This document shows, one piece after another, positions 10,153 through 21,655 of a stretch of DNA of 64,000 bases. Every line of letters starts with the position of its first letter. The stretch's first letter is position 1. Below the pieces are notes generated by a model, which was given only the letters and a program-made list of their open reading frames with translations, was not told where the DNA came from and did not search any database. The position numbers and the translations under genes are program-made. Source of the DNA: Dehalococcoidia bacterium (GTDB lineage: Bacteria > Chloroflexota > Dehalococcoidia > Lucifugimonadales > Australimonadaceae); assembly GCA_965220205.1 (NCBI GenBank), contig OZ244812.1, positions 2,195,307 through 2,259,306 on the forward strand, read 5' to 3'.

Positions 10153-10186
10153 AGACGCCCGCCTGCGCGGGCGTCTCTTTCTTTCC
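10153..10186 (+). terminator. Intrinsic terminator/attenuator in the pan operon leader
   Basis: AGACGCCCGC-CTGC-GCGGGCGTCT followed by CTTTCTTTCC. Confidence 0.8.
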
Positions 10187-10262
10187 CTATCTCGAATGGC
10201 CATATTAGGTAGATAGGACGCACGTCGGGGTCTGCGCCGGGCCGGGCCGGGAGGACTGTGGC

Positions 10263-11282
10263 ATGAACGGCGCCCTCACGGACGTGATGGGCCTCGAGGT
10301 GGGCCACTACACCGACGCCGCGAACGGCACGGGGTGCACGGTCGTGCTGTGCCGGGCAGGCGCGACGGGTGGCGTCGACGTCCGGGGAGCGTCGCCCGGA
10401 ACGCGCGAGACCGACCTGCTGCGCGCGCAGAACACGGTCGACCTGGTGCACGGGATCGCGTTGGCGGGCGGGAGCGCGTACGGGCTCGCGGCCGCGGGCG
10501 GCGTGATGCGCTACCTCGAGGAGCAGGGCGTCGGCAGGCGCGTGGGGCGCCACATCGTCCCCATCGTGCCGGGGGCCATCATCTTCGACCTGGGCGTCGG
10601 CAACGGGCGAATCAGACCGACCGAGGAGGACGGTTACGCTGCGGCGGCCGCCGCGAGCGCGGGCCGCGTCGAGCTGGGGAGCGTCGGGGCCGGCACGGGA
10701 GCGACGGTCGGCAAGTCGCGTGGGCCCGCCTACGCGATGAAGGGCGGCGTCGGCAGCGCCAGCCTCGATCTCGGCGGCGGGGTCGCGCTGGGCGCACTCG
10801 CCGTCGTCAACGCCGTCGGCGCAATCTACGAGCCCGAGACGGGCGAGCTGCTGGCGGGCCCCCTCGACGACGACGGCAAGCCCCTCAACAGCGTCGCGCT
10901 CATCGCCGACCCGTCGTACGGGATCCGCCCGCTCACCGGCGGGCCGGACGCGCTCGGCAACACGACGCTCGCAGTGATCGCGACCTCCGCGGGACTGACG
11001 AAAGCGCAGGCGGAGCGGCTCGCGACGGTCGCGCACGACGGGCTCGCGTTGGCCGTGCGTCCGGCTCACACGCCGCACGACGGCGATACGGTGTTCGCCC
11101 TCGCCACGGGCGCCGTCGACGCCCCCGACGAATTCGTCCGCCTCTGCGCGCTGACGCCGACCGTCATGGCGCGGGCGATCGTCACGGCAGTCCGCAGCGC
11201 GACGAGTCTCCACGGTCGTCCTTCGTTCCACGAAGTCCGGGGAGAACATATAGACGATACAGAGGCTCAGGGCGATGGCTGA
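10263..11282 (+). CDS. P1/S58 family peptidase (DmpA/ThnT-like Ntn hydrolase)
   Basis: LTDVMGLEVGH, GVDVRGASPGTRETDLL, GGSAYGL, GNTTLAVIAT autoprocessing site, PAHTPHDGDTVF. Confidence 0.9.
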   Translation: MNGALTDVMGLEVGHYTDAANGTGCTVVLCRAGATGGVDVRGASPGTRETDLLRAQNTVDLVHGIALAGGSAYGLAAAGGVMRYLEEQGVGRRVGRHIVPIVPGAIIFDLGVGNGRIRPTEEDGYAAAAAASAGRVELGSVGAGTGATVGKSRGPAYAMKGGVGSASLDLGGGVALGALAVVNAVGAIYEPETGELLAGPLDDDGKPLNSVALIADPSYGIRPLTGGPDALGNTTLAVIATSAGLTKAQAERLATVAHDGLALAVRPAHTPHDGDTVFALATGAVDAPDEFVRLCALTPTVMARAIVTAVRSATSLHGRPSFHEVRGEHIDDTEAQGDG

Positions 11283-12141
11283 GCTGCCGACGGTCGGATT
11301 CATCGGGGCCGGCCTCGCCGCCCGCGTCCTGGGCTCGGCCCTCGCCGCCGCCGGGTATCCCGTCGTGGCGGTCGCGAGTCGGACGTTCGCATCGGCAGAG
11401 GCGGTCGCCGCGGCGGTCGCGCAGGCCGGGGCCGGCGGCTGTGTCGCGGCGACGCCGCAATCGGTCGCCGACGCCGCCAGCGTCGTGCTGGTCACGACGA
11501 CCGACCAAGCCATCGGGGAGGTCGCGCGGAGCGTCCGCTGGCGGCCGGGACAGGGCGTCGCGCACTGCAGCGGCGCGCTGACGGTCGAGCCGCTGAGCGC
11601 GGCGCGAGCCGGGGGCGCTTGGACCGGCTCGTGGCACCCGTTCCAGACGCTGACCGGGTCGGCGTCACTGGACGGCGCGACGTTTGGCATTGAAGCGGAG
11701 GGGGCCGCGTACGAGACGCTCGCCGCGATGGCGTCGGCGGTAGGCGGGGCTCCGCTGGCGGTCCCCGCCGGCGCGCGCCCGCTCTACCACGCTGCCTCGG
11801 TGATGAGCGGCGGCTACCTCGTCACGCTGTTGCACGAGGCGGAGCGGGTATGGCGGGAGGCGGGACTGCCAGCCGAAGTGGGCCGGAGCGCGGTCGCCGC
11901 TATCGCGGCGGCTACGCTGGCCAACTTCGCCGAACGGGGCGCCGGCTCGTCGCTTACCGGCCCGACAGCCCGCGGCGACAACGGTACGGTGCGTTTGCAC
12001 CTCGACGCCCTGAGCGCAGCCGCTCCGGAGCTGCTGCCGCTCTACGCAGCGCTCAGCAAGCGGTCCGCCGTCCTGGCCGACGAGGCGGGCCGCGGCGCGG
12101 GCGTCGATTGGGACTCGCTGTTCGCGGAGTACCCACGCTAG
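11275..12141 (+). CDS. Rossmann-like/DUF2520 oxidoreductase, probable PanG-type ketopantoate reductase
   Basis: [31 protein letters not shown]; sits directly before panB. Confidence 0.8.
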   Translation: MAELPTVGFIGAGLAARVLGSALAAAGYPVVAVASRTFASAEAVAAAVAQAGAGGCVAATPQSVADAASVVLVTTTDQAIGEVARSVRWRPGQGVAHCSGALTVEPLSAARAGGAWTGSWHPFQTLTGSASLDGATFGIEAEGAAYETLAAMASAVGGAPLAVPAGARPLYHAASVMSGGYLVTLLHEAERVWREAGLPAEVGRSAVAAIAAATLANFAERGAGSSLTGPTARGDNGTVRLHLDALSAAAPELLPLYAALSKRSAVLADEAGRGAGVDWDSLFAEYPR

Positions 12142-12158
12142 AGGGTTGGAGGCGACAC

Positions 12159-13004
12159 ATGCCGGTGCGCACGACGAAACTGCAAGAGATGAAGGCGGCT
12201 GGGGAGCGCATCCCCTGCGTGACAGCCTATGACTATCCGACCGCCCGGCTCGAGGACGCAGCGGGCATCCCGGTCATCCTCGTCGGCGACAGCCTGGGCA
12301 ACGTCGTACTGGGGTACGCCACGACCTTGCCGGTGACGATGGACGATATGGTGCGCCACACGCAGGCGGTCGTGCGCGGAGCGCCCAACGCGCTCGTCAT
12401 CGCGGACATGCCGTTCATGTCGTACCAGGCGAGCGCGGAGTCGGCGTTGCGGAACGCAGGGCGGCTGCTCCAAGAGGGCGGCGCCCAGGCCGTGAAGCTC
12501 GAGGGCGGCGTCGCCGTCGCCGAGACGGTCCGACGCATCGTCGGCGCTGGCATCCCGGTCATGGGGCACGTCGGCTTGACGCCGCAATCGGTGAACCAGC
12601 TGGGCGGCTACCGAGTCCAGGGCGCGACGCTCGCTCAGGCCCAGTCGCTGATGGAGGACGCCGCGGCGCTCGAGCAGGCGGGCGCGTTCGCCGTCGTTCT
12701 CGAGGTCATCCCCGGACCGCTGGCCGAGGCTGTGACGAAACGACTGTCCATCCCGACCATCGGCATCGGCGCCGGCGCCGGGTGCGACGGCCAGATTCAG
12801 GTCGTCCACGACATCCTCGGGTTCGGCGTGCGCACGCCACGGCACGCCAAGCGCTACGCCGATCTCAACGCTGTCATCGGTCAGGCCTTGGCCGCGTACG
12901 CGTCAGACATACGCGGCGGGAGCTTCCCGACCGCCGAGCACACGCTGGACATCGACGACGCCGTGCTGCGGGAGCTGCTGCGCGGCGCGGAGCTCGAGGG
13001 CTGA
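12159..13004 (+). CDS. panB: 3-methyl-2-oxobutanoate hydroxymethyltransferase
   Basis: [37 protein letters not shown] at 12159. Confidence 0.98.
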   Translation: MPVRTTKLQEMKAAGERIPCVTAYDYPTARLEDAAGIPVILVGDSLGNVVLGYATTLPVTMDDMVRHTQAVVRGAPNALVIADMPFMSYQASAESALRNAGRLLQEGGAQAVKLEGGVAVAETVRRIVGAGIPVMGHVGLTPQSVNQLGGYRVQGATLAQAQSLMEDAAALEQAGAFAVVLEVIPGPLAEAVTKRLSIPTIGIGAGAGCDGQIQVVHDILGFGVRTPRHAKRYADLNAVIGQALAAYASDIRGGSFPTAEHTLDIDDAVLRELLRGAELEG

Positions 13005-13837
13005 TGCAGCGGGCAGCGACCGTCGCCGCGCTGCGTGAGCTCGTCGCCGCCGCCCCGCGGCCGCTGGGGCTTGTGCCCACCATGGGCGCGCTCCACGCGG
13101 GCCACATGAGCCTCGTCGGCCGGGCGCGGTCCGACTGCGCGACGGTCGTGGCGACGATCTATGTCAACGCCGCCCAGTTCGGCCCCAACGAGGACTTCGA
13201 CCGCTACCCCCGTCCGTTGGACCGCGACATCGGCATGCTCGCCGCAGCCGGCGTCGACGCGGTCTACACTCCGTCCGACGCCGAGATGTACCCGGAAGGC
13301 TTCGCGACGTCCATCTCGGTCGCCGGTCCGGCGTTGCCTTTCGAGGGTTTGGCCCGGCCCGGCCACTTCGACGGCGTGGCGACGGTCGTAGCGAAGCTGT
13401 TGGTCCAGGCGTCGCCGGACCGCGCCTACTTCGGACAGAAGGACGCGCAACAGGTCGCCGTCGTCAAACGTCTGACGGCTGACCTCGACCTGAACGTCGA
13501 AATCGTAGCGTTGCCGACAGTGCGGGAGCCGGACGGGCTCGCCATGAGTAGCCGCAACGCCTACTTGAGCGCGGGCCAGCGACGAGCGGCAATGGTCCTC
13601 TACCGGTCGCTGTCCGCGACGCGCGACCGGTTCCGAGCAGGCGCGCGGGGCTCTGACAGTCTCGAGGCAGGGTGCCGCGCGCTGATTGAGCGGGAGCCCC
13701 TAGTGGACGCGATCGACTACGTGGCCGTCGTCGACGCCGCGAGCATGGCGCCGTGGCGGGAAGAAGGGTCGTGCTTGCTAGTGGCCGCAGTGCGCATGGG
13801 AGGCGTGCGCCTCATCGACAACGTGGTCTTGGACTGA
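13004..13837 (+). CDS. panC: Pantoate--beta-alanine ligase
   Basis: VPTMGALHAGH, RPGHFDGV, FGQKD, GLAMSSRN, RLIDN. Confidence 0.98.
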   Translation: MQRAATVAALRELVAAAPRPLGLVPTMGALHAGHMSLVGRARSDCATVVATIYVNAAQFGPNEDFDRYPRPLDRDIGMLAAAGVDAVYTPSDAEMYPEGFATSISVAGPALPFEGLARPGHFDGVATVVAKLLVQASPDRAYFGQKDAQQVAVVKRLTADLDLNVEIVALPTVREPDGLAMSSRNAYLSAGQRRAAMVLYRSLSATRDRFRAGARGSDSLEAGCRALIEREPLVDAIDYVAVVDAASMAPWREEGSCLLVAAVRMGGVRLIDNVVLD

Positions 13838-13879
13838 ACGCCCCGCGCCGCAGTGGTACACTGTGGCGCGGGAGGTCGC

Positions 13880-14821
13880 ATGGACTTCTTGCGCGTAAAC
13901 GACCCGCCTGCCGATCTGCACGACCCGGTGATGCTGTTCGCGTTCGCCGGATGGGCGGACGCGTCCGAGTCAGCCACGCACGCCCTGCGCTACCTGGTCC
14001 GTCACCTGCACGCGGTGAAATTCGCCGACGTCGACCCGGAGGAGTTCTACAACTTCACGCGGGTGCGCCCCCACACGAAGTTCGACGATGAGGGCAGCCG
14101 CTTCATCGAGTGGCCGGCCAACGAGTTCTACGCCGTCAAACGGGGCGACGAGGGCGAGGACCTCGTGCTGCTGGTCGGCGTCGAGCCGAACCTGCGCTGG
14201 CGGACCTTCTGCGACGCGATGGTCTCCGTGGTGAAAGAGTTGGGCGTGAAGCGCGCGGTGCAGGTCGGCGCGCTGCTCGACGCTGTGCCGCACACCCGGG
14301 ACATCCGAGTGACGGGCACGGCGACGAGCCGTGAGCTGCGCTCGATGCTCAAGGGCATCGAGTTGCGCCGGTCGCGCTACACCGGCCCCACGGGAATCGC
14401 CGGCGTCCTCTCCGACGCCATGACGCGCGAGGGGATCCCCGTGGTCAGCCTGTGGGGCCACGCCCCGCACTACCTGCAGGTATCGCCGAACCCCAAGGTC
14501 AGCTTGCGGCTCGTCCACGGGATCGAGCGCCTCGTGAACATCGAGGTGGACGTGAAACCGCTCGAGTCGCAGGGGCTCAACTTCGAGCGGCGGGTGGAGC
14601 GGGCGCTCTCGGGCGAGCCCGAGGTGAACGCCTACGTCGCGCGGCTCGAGTCGCAGTGGGACTCGCTCCGGGGCGGCCGAGCGCCCGACAGCACGCCCAC
14701 GGCGACGGCCGACGACGACGACGGCGAGATGCCAGACCCAGCGCAGGCCATCCGCAGCATCGAAGAGTTCCTGAAGCAGGCCCGAGACGACGAGCAGTCC
14801 CCGGAGAACGACGCCGATTAG
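13880..14821 (+). CDS. PAC2 family protein (proteasome assembly chaperone-like)
   Basis: AFAGWADA, DPEEFYNF..RP, GVEPNLRW, DAVPHTR, YTGPTGI, APHY. Confidence 0.88.
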   Translation: MDFLRVNDPPADLHDPVMLFAFAGWADASESATHALRYLVRHLHAVKFADVDPEEFYNFTRVRPHTKFDDEGSRFIEWPANEFYAVKRGDEGEDLVLLVGVEPNLRWRTFCDAMVSVVKELGVKRAVQVGALLDAVPHTRDIRVTGTATSRELRSMLKGIELRRSRYTGPTGIAGVLSDAMTREGIPVVSLWGHAPHYLQVSPNPKVSLRLVHGIERLVNIEVDVKPLESQGLNFERRVERALSGEPEVNAYVARLESQWDSLRGGRAPDSTPTATADDDDGEMPDPAQAIRSIEEFLKQARDDEQSPENDAD

Positions 14822-14844
14822 CGCGCTATTCGTCCCCGCCCGCC

Positions 14845-14874
14845 TTGACACTGATTTTCGACGGTTCCTAGAAT
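14845..14874 (+). promoter_or_regulatory. Sigma70-type promoter of pyrG
   Basis: TTGACA-18 nt-TAGAAT. Confidence 0.65.
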
Positions 14875-14967
14875 CCCGGATGTGCCGGTGACTAACACGC
14901 TCTCGGGTTCGCGGCTTGGGCTTCCGAGTGTTCGTGTCCCCACCGATCGGCAGGGCGCCGCTGCTAG

Positions 14968-16701
<1,734 letters not shown>

Positions 16702-16723
16702 CGTCGCTCCGGTCGCGAACGGG

Positions 16724-16751
16724 TTGCAATCGGCGAATGGGCCGCTAGAAT
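16724..16751 (+). promoter_or_regulatory. Candidate rho promoter
   Basis: TTGCAA-16 nt-TAGAAT, about 300 nt upstream of rho. Confidence 0.5.
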
Positions 16752-17059
16752 GATAGTGGTTGGATAGTGTTTCCCCGCATGTGGAGTCCTACCAGCTCTC
16801 CCCTCGTCACCGGCGCAGACCCCAGTCCGGCCCTCACGTCGGCAGCGCGGGACTCAGCATTCGATTCTCCCAGTTCACGGTAACTGCCACCTACACTGGT
16901 TCCAAGGTGCCCCACTACACCGCATCATATGGACTGTGGCGACCTCATGACCGCACGGGTTTCGATGGCGACTCACGCCAGGGGTCTCCGCGCTGTCCGC
17001 GCAATCACCCGTCTTAGCGCTCTCCACCACACGTTTCTCCTGCACACGTTAGGAACAGC

Positions 17060-18355
17060 ATGACCATCACAGAGCATCGGTCAATCAACATTGCGGAGCT
17101 CGAGTCGAAGAGCGCTGAGGAGCTAATCGACATCATGGGGGAGCGGGGCTTCTCGAACGGGGCCCTCCCGGCGTCCGCGCACCGCGACGAAATCCTGTAT
17201 CGCTTGCTCCAAGCCTACGCGGCTGAGCAGGGGCACCAGCTGGCCAGCGGCGTCCTCGAGACCATGCCCGACGGCTACGGGTTCCTCCGGCACAATGGCC
17301 GGCGTCCCACCCAGAACGACGTCTACGTCTCCCAGTCGCAGGTCCGCCGGTTCAACCTGCGCTCGGGCGACCTCGTGCTCGGACAGGTGCGCGCCCCCAA
17401 GGAGTCCGAGCGCTACTTCGGGCTCACCCGAGTCGAAGCGGTGAACGGACGCGACCCCGACTCGACGCGCCGGCGCACCAATTTCGAGAACGTGACGCCC
17501 ATCTTCCCGGACGTGCAGATCAAGCTCGAGACCGGCAGCAAGGACCTGGCCACGCGCATGATCGACCTGCTGTCGCCAATCGGCCGCGGTCAGCGCGGGC
17601 TCATCGTATCCCCCCCCAAGGCCGGCAAGACGACGCTGCTCAAGCAGATCGCCGCAGGCATCTCCCAGAACTACACCGATATCCACCTCATGGTCGCGCT
17701 CATCGGCGAGCGCCCCGAGGAGGTCACCGACGTCAAGCGCTCGGTCAAGGGCGAAGTATTCAGCTCCACGTTCGACGAGCCGGTGGAGGATCACTGCCGC
17801 GTCGCCGAGCTCTGCCTGGAGCGCGCGAAACGCCTCGTCGAGGCCGGCCGCGACGTCGTCATCCTGCTCGACAGCATCACGCGGCTGACCCGCGCCTACA
17901 ACCTGGCTGTGCCCAGCTCCGGCCGGACGCTCTCCGGCGGCATGGACCCGGTCGCCCTCTACCCGCCCAAACGCTTCTTCGGCGCCGCGCGCAACGTCGA
18001 GGAGGGCGGCAGCCTCACGATACTGGCCGCTTGCCTCGTCGACACCGGCAGCCGCATGGACGATGTCGTCTACGAGGAGTTCAAGGGCACGGGCAACATG
18101 GAGCTCCACCTCGATCGTAAGCTCGCCGAGCGGCGGACCTTCCCCTCGATCGATATCCAACGCAGCGGCACCCGGCGCGAGGAACTGCTGCTCGACGACC
18201 TGACGCTGCGCCAGGTCGTCCTGCTCCGCCGCATGAGCACTATGATTGCCACGGACGCGATGAACCCGTTCGAGGCCACCGAGCGCCTCATCGAGCGCCT
18301 CGGCCGCACCAAGCACAACGACGAGTTCCTCGCCACGCTCACCAGAGAGATGTAA
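17060..18355 (+). CDS. rho: Transcription termination factor Rho
   Basis: [55 protein letters not shown]. Confidence 0.99.
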   Translation: MTITEHRSINIAELESKSAEELIDIMGERGFSNGALPASAHRDEILYRLLQAYAAEQGHQLASGVLETMPDGYGFLRHNGRRPTQNDVYVSQSQVRRFNLRSGDLVLGQVRAPKESERYFGLTRVEAVNGRDPDSTRRRTNFENVTPIFPDVQIKLETGSKDLATRMIDLLSPIGRGQRGLIVSPPKAGKTTLLKQIAAGISQNYTDIHLMVALIGERPEEVTDVKRSVKGEVFSSTFDEPVEDHCRVAELCLERAKRLVEAGRDVVILLDSITRLTRAYNLAVPSSGRTLSGGMDPVALYPPKRFFGAARNVEEGGSLTILAACLVDTGSRMDDVVYEEFKGTGNMELHLDRKLAERRTFPSIDIQRSGTRREELLLDDLTLRQVVLLRRMSTMIATDAMNPFEATERLIERLGRTKHNDEFLATLTREM

Positions 18356-18380
18356 GGGGCCTCTACCCTCGTGGGGCAGG

Positions 18381-18409
18381 TTGACTGCCTCCCAGCCCGA
18401 TGCTACATT
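18381..18409 (+). promoter_or_regulatory. Sigma70 promoter of the hrcA operon
   Basis: TTGACT-17 nt-TACATT with TG extension. Confidence 0.65.
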
Positions 18410-18421
18410 CGACAGGTCAAG

Positions 18422-18448
18422 TTAGCACTTGCGATGGCCAACTGCTAA
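18422..18448. promoter_or_regulatory. CIRCE element (HrcA operator)
   Basis: TTAGCACTT-N9-AACTGCTAA versus consensus TTAGCACTC-N9-GAGTGCTAA; directly before hrcA. Confidence 0.92.
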
Positions 18449-18458
18449 GGGGACAGTC

Positions 18459-19505
18459 ATGCAGCAGCCCCCCACCCTCAACCAGCGCCGTCAGAACATC
18501 CTCGAAATCATCGTCGGGGACTACATCGTGACCGCGTTGCCCGTCGCCTCGCAGCAGATCGCGCTGCGGCACGACCTTCAGGTGAGCTCCGCGACGATCC
18601 GCAACGACATGGCCGAGCTCGAGGAGATGGGTTACATCACCCGTCCGCACGCCTCGGCTGGCGGCATCCCCGGGGACATGGCCTACCGCTTCTACGTTGA
18701 GCGCACCTCAGCTCACGCCAGGCCGAGCCGGCGGTTCGAGCAGTCGGTCCTCGGCGCCATTCAGCCGGAATCGGCCGACCCTGACGCCTGGGCGCAGGCT
18801 GCAGTCGAGGTGCTCTCCAGCGCTCTGCACAACGTGGCCGTTGCCACCTCGCCCAAGGTGTGGGAAGCGCGCGTCAAGCAGCTCCAGCTGGTGCACCTCC
18901 AGGAGCGCCAGGCGCTGCTGGTTCTCGTCCTTCACGACGCCCACGTCCGGCAGCACATGGTCCAGACTGCCCAGCCGCTGAGCCAAGAGGCGCTTACCGC
19001 CCTCTCGAACCGGCTGAACTCGCTCTTGGCCGGACGCACGGCGAACGAGATCCGCACGGCCTGGGACTCCGGCGTCGTCGCCGGGCCGGCAGCCGACGCT
19101 GTCATCGCCGAACTGCTCGCCTTGCTCGATAAGGAGGAGCAGAACCGGCCCGGACGGCAGTACACCGAGGGGCTTCGCCACATGCTCAGCCAGCCGGAGT
19201 TCGAAAACGGCAGGCGCGCGCGGGAGGCCGTCGAAGTTCTCGAGGACGGGGTGGCGCTGCGCCGCGTGATCACCAACGTAGCGCAGGAGGAGGAACTCGA
19301 CGTCATCATCGGCGAGGAGAACCCCCACGAGCCGCTGAAGCCATACTCGGTAGTGCTCGCCCGCTACGGCCGCCCAGGCCACGTGCTCGGCGTCGTCGGC
19401 GCGGTCGGACCGACCCGCATGGACTACGCACGCGCCATCGCCAGCGTCCGGTACTTGGCCGCCTTCCTGAGCGACTTAGTGACCGCGCTCGAAGACAACG
19501 GATAG
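18459..19505 (+). CDS. hrcA: Heat-inducible transcription repressor HrcA
   Basis: SSATIRNDMAELEEMGYITRPHASAG, YRFYV, VIIGEEN, VGPTRMDY. Confidence 0.97.
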   Translation: MQQPPTLNQRRQNILEIIVGDYIVTALPVASQQIALRHDLQVSSATIRNDMAELEEMGYITRPHASAGGIPGDMAYRFYVERTSAHARPSRRFEQSVLGAIQPESADPDAWAQAAVEVLSSALHNVAVATSPKVWEARVKQLQLVHLQERQALLVLVLHDAHVRQHMVQTAQPLSQEALTALSNRLNSLLAGRTANEIRTAWDSGVVAGPAADAVIAELLALLDKEEQNRPGRQYTEGLRHMLSQPEFENGRRAREAVEVLEDGVALRRVITNVAQEEELDVIIGEENPHEPLKPYSVVLARYGRPGHVLGVVGAVGPTRMDYARAIASVRYLAAFLSDLVTALEDNG

Positions 19506-19520
19506 TTTGTCGCCTCGGCC

Positions 19521-20591
19521 ATGACCACCAAGCGTGACTACTACGACGTGCTCGAGGTCGGCCGGGGCTCCACCGAAGAGGACATCCGCAAGGCCTTCCG
19601 CAAGAAGGCTCTCGAGTTCCACCCCGACCGGAACAAAGCGCCGGACGCTCCCGCGAAGTTCAAAGAGGTCAATGAGGCCTATCAAGTCCTGACCGACCCG
19701 GAGCGGCGTCGCCAGTACGATCGCTTCGGCCACGCAGGCGTCCGCAACGGACCGGGCCAGGGGCCTCAGGACTTCGAGGGGTTCGACCTCTTCGGCGGCC
19801 TGGGTGACATCTTTGGCGACATCTTTGGGGGCGGTTTCGCGCGGTCCAGCGCGCAGGACGGCCGCGACCTGCAAGCCGCGCTCACCATCACTTTCGCGGA
19901 GGCCGCCTTCGGAGTGACGAAGGAGATCGAGGTGACGCGCTCCGAACGGTGCAGCCGCTGCGAGGGCGCCCGCTCCGAGCCGGGCCACGCGAAGGAGACG
20001 TGCGCGAACTGCAAGGGCGCCGGGCGCGTCCGCAGGGCTCAACGGAGCGTCTTCGGGCAGTTCGTCACGGAGGCGGAGTGCAACGTCTGCCGCGGCGCGG
20101 GCGAGACCGTCCCGCACCCCTGCACGCAATGCCACGGCTCGGGGCTCGAGCGGGCCAAGCGGGTGCTCCAAGTCAATGTCCCGGCCGGCGTCCCGCACGG
20201 CGCCCGACTCAACGTTCAAGGCCAGGGCGACAGCGGCGGCTACGGCGGCCGGGCGGGCGACCTCTACGTGAGCATCCGGGTCCAGCCGCATCCTCTTTTC
20301 GAGCGCGAGGATGAAGACGTGCTGTATACGCTGAGCCTGAGCTTCCCGCAAGCCGCGCTAGGCGCCGAACTCGACGTGCCCACGCTCGAGGGCGCGCACC
20401 GGCTCAAAGTCCCCTCGGGCACGCAGAGCGGAGCAGTGTTCCGGCTCAAGGGCCAGGGAATCCCGCACCTCCGAAACGGCAGGCGCGGCGACGAGCTCGT
20501 GACGGTGCGGCTCAGGACCCCCGAAAAGCTCAACAGGCATCAGAAGAAGCTCCTGGAGGACCTCCAGCGCTCGTTCTCAGAGACTGCGTGA
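19521..20591 (+). CDS. dnaJ: Chaperone DnaJ
   Basis: J domain with HPD, G/F region, four CxxCxGxG-type repeats. Confidence 0.98.
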   Translation: MTTKRDYYDVLEVGRGSTEEDIRKAFRKKALEFHPDRNKAPDAPAKFKEVNEAYQVLTDPERRRQYDRFGHAGVRNGPGQGPQDFEGFDLFGGLGDIFGDIFGGGFARSSAQDGRDLQAALTITFAEAAFGVTKEIEVTRSERCSRCEGARSEPGHAKETCANCKGAGRVRRAQRSVFGQFVTEAECNVCRGAGETVPHPCTQCHGSGLERAKRVLQVNVPAGVPHGARLNVQGQGDSGGYGGRAGDLYVSIRVQPHPLFEREDEDVLYTLSLSFPQAALGAELDVPTLEGAHRLKVPSGTQSGAVFRLKGQGIPHLRNGRRGDELVTVRLRTPEKLNRHQKKLLEDLQRSFSETA

Positions 20592-20646
20592 TTCCGCCCT
20601 CGCTCCGGCAACCCTCCGCCCGACCTGTCCGACGGACAGCTCGCTG

Positions 20647-21567
20647 ATGCCCCCCGCCCAGTGGATCGAACTGAAAATCGCCGTCCCGTTTGAGTTCGTC
20701 GAACCGGTCGCCGAGCTGTTCCGCCGCTACGGCAAGGGCGGGGTCGCCATCGAGCACGCGGGCGGCTGGGACCCGGACGCGGGCGAGGGGCCGCCTCCCC
20801 GGCCGAGCGCCGTGATCCGGACCTACATGCCCAAGACGCCGGCCTACCACTCAAACCGCGAGATGGTGCATATCGGCTTGCAGCTCGTGGGCAAGATCAC
20901 CGACCTGCCCGAGCTCGAGGAGCGCGACATCGCCGAGCGGGAGTGGGAGGAGGCCTGGAAGGCGCACTTCACTCCCCTGCGCGTCGGCAAGCGGCTGGCG
21001 ATCCGCGCGCCCTGGCATCGTGAGGAAGACGACCCGCCGGGCGGCCACGCGGACGACGTAGTCATCGTGATTGACCCCGGCCTGGCCTTCGGCACCGGGC
21101 ACCACCCCACTACCCACCGGACGCTCGAAAGCATGGAGCGCCTGCTGCGTCCAGGACAGCGGGTGCTCGATGTGGGCGCGGGATCCGGGATCCTGAGCGT
21201 CGGCGCGGCGAAGCTCGGCGCCGAGAAGGTCATCGGCGTCGAGATCGACAAGGTCGCGCTCAAAGCGGGGCGTACGAACCTGCGCGCGAACGGGGTCTCG
21301 GGCATAGCCCGCGTCTACGCCGGCACGCTGCCGTCCGCACACGTGCCGGAGGGCTGGGCTGACCTCGTCCTCGCGAACGTGAACTCGGTGGCGCTCGCAA
21401 ATCTCGCGTCCGAGCTGCGCCGCGCCCTCAAGCAGGGAGGGTGGCTCGTCGGTGCGGGCATCCTCCAAGAGCGATTGGCCTCGGTGGAGGATGCATTCGC
21501 GCAGGTTGGCCTCGACGTCCAAGAGCGCCTGTACGACGACGACTGGGTGGCGCTGATCGCGCGGTGA
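20647..21567 (+). CDS. prmA: Ribosomal protein L11 methyltransferase
   Basis: IDPGLAFGTGHHPTT, VLDVGAGSGILS; follows dnaJ. Confidence 0.95.
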   Translation: MPPAQWIELKIAVPFEFVEPVAELFRRYGKGGVAIEHAGGWDPDAGEGPPPRPSAVIRTYMPKTPAYHSNREMVHIGLQLVGKITDLPELEERDIAEREWEEAWKAHFTPLRVGKRLAIRAPWHREEDDPPGGHADDVVIVIDPGLAFGTGHHPTTHRTLESMERLLRPGQRVLDVGAGSGILSVGAAKLGAEKVIGVEIDKVALKAGRTNLRANGVSGIARVYAGTLPSAHVPEGWADLVLANVNSVALANLASELRRALKQGGWLVGAGILQERLASVEDAFAQVGLDVQERLYDDDWVALIAR

Positions 21568-21655
21568 CGGCCGCGGGCGCGCAGGGTCCGCCAAATCGGG
21601 TAGGATTCCGAGCGGCGGCGCATGCGCCGCACGACGCGCGCAGGGAGAACGAGAC

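Noticed and set aside
9933..11690. Long antisense ORFs (also 4126-6060, 36522-38405, 60130-61980 and others)
   Set aside because: Shadow ORFs opposite well-supported genes; R/A/P-rich and expected in high-GC DNA.
16760..17017. 85-aa ORF upstream of rho
   Set aside because: TTG start without RBS, atypical composition and no recognisable motif; treated as untranslated leader.
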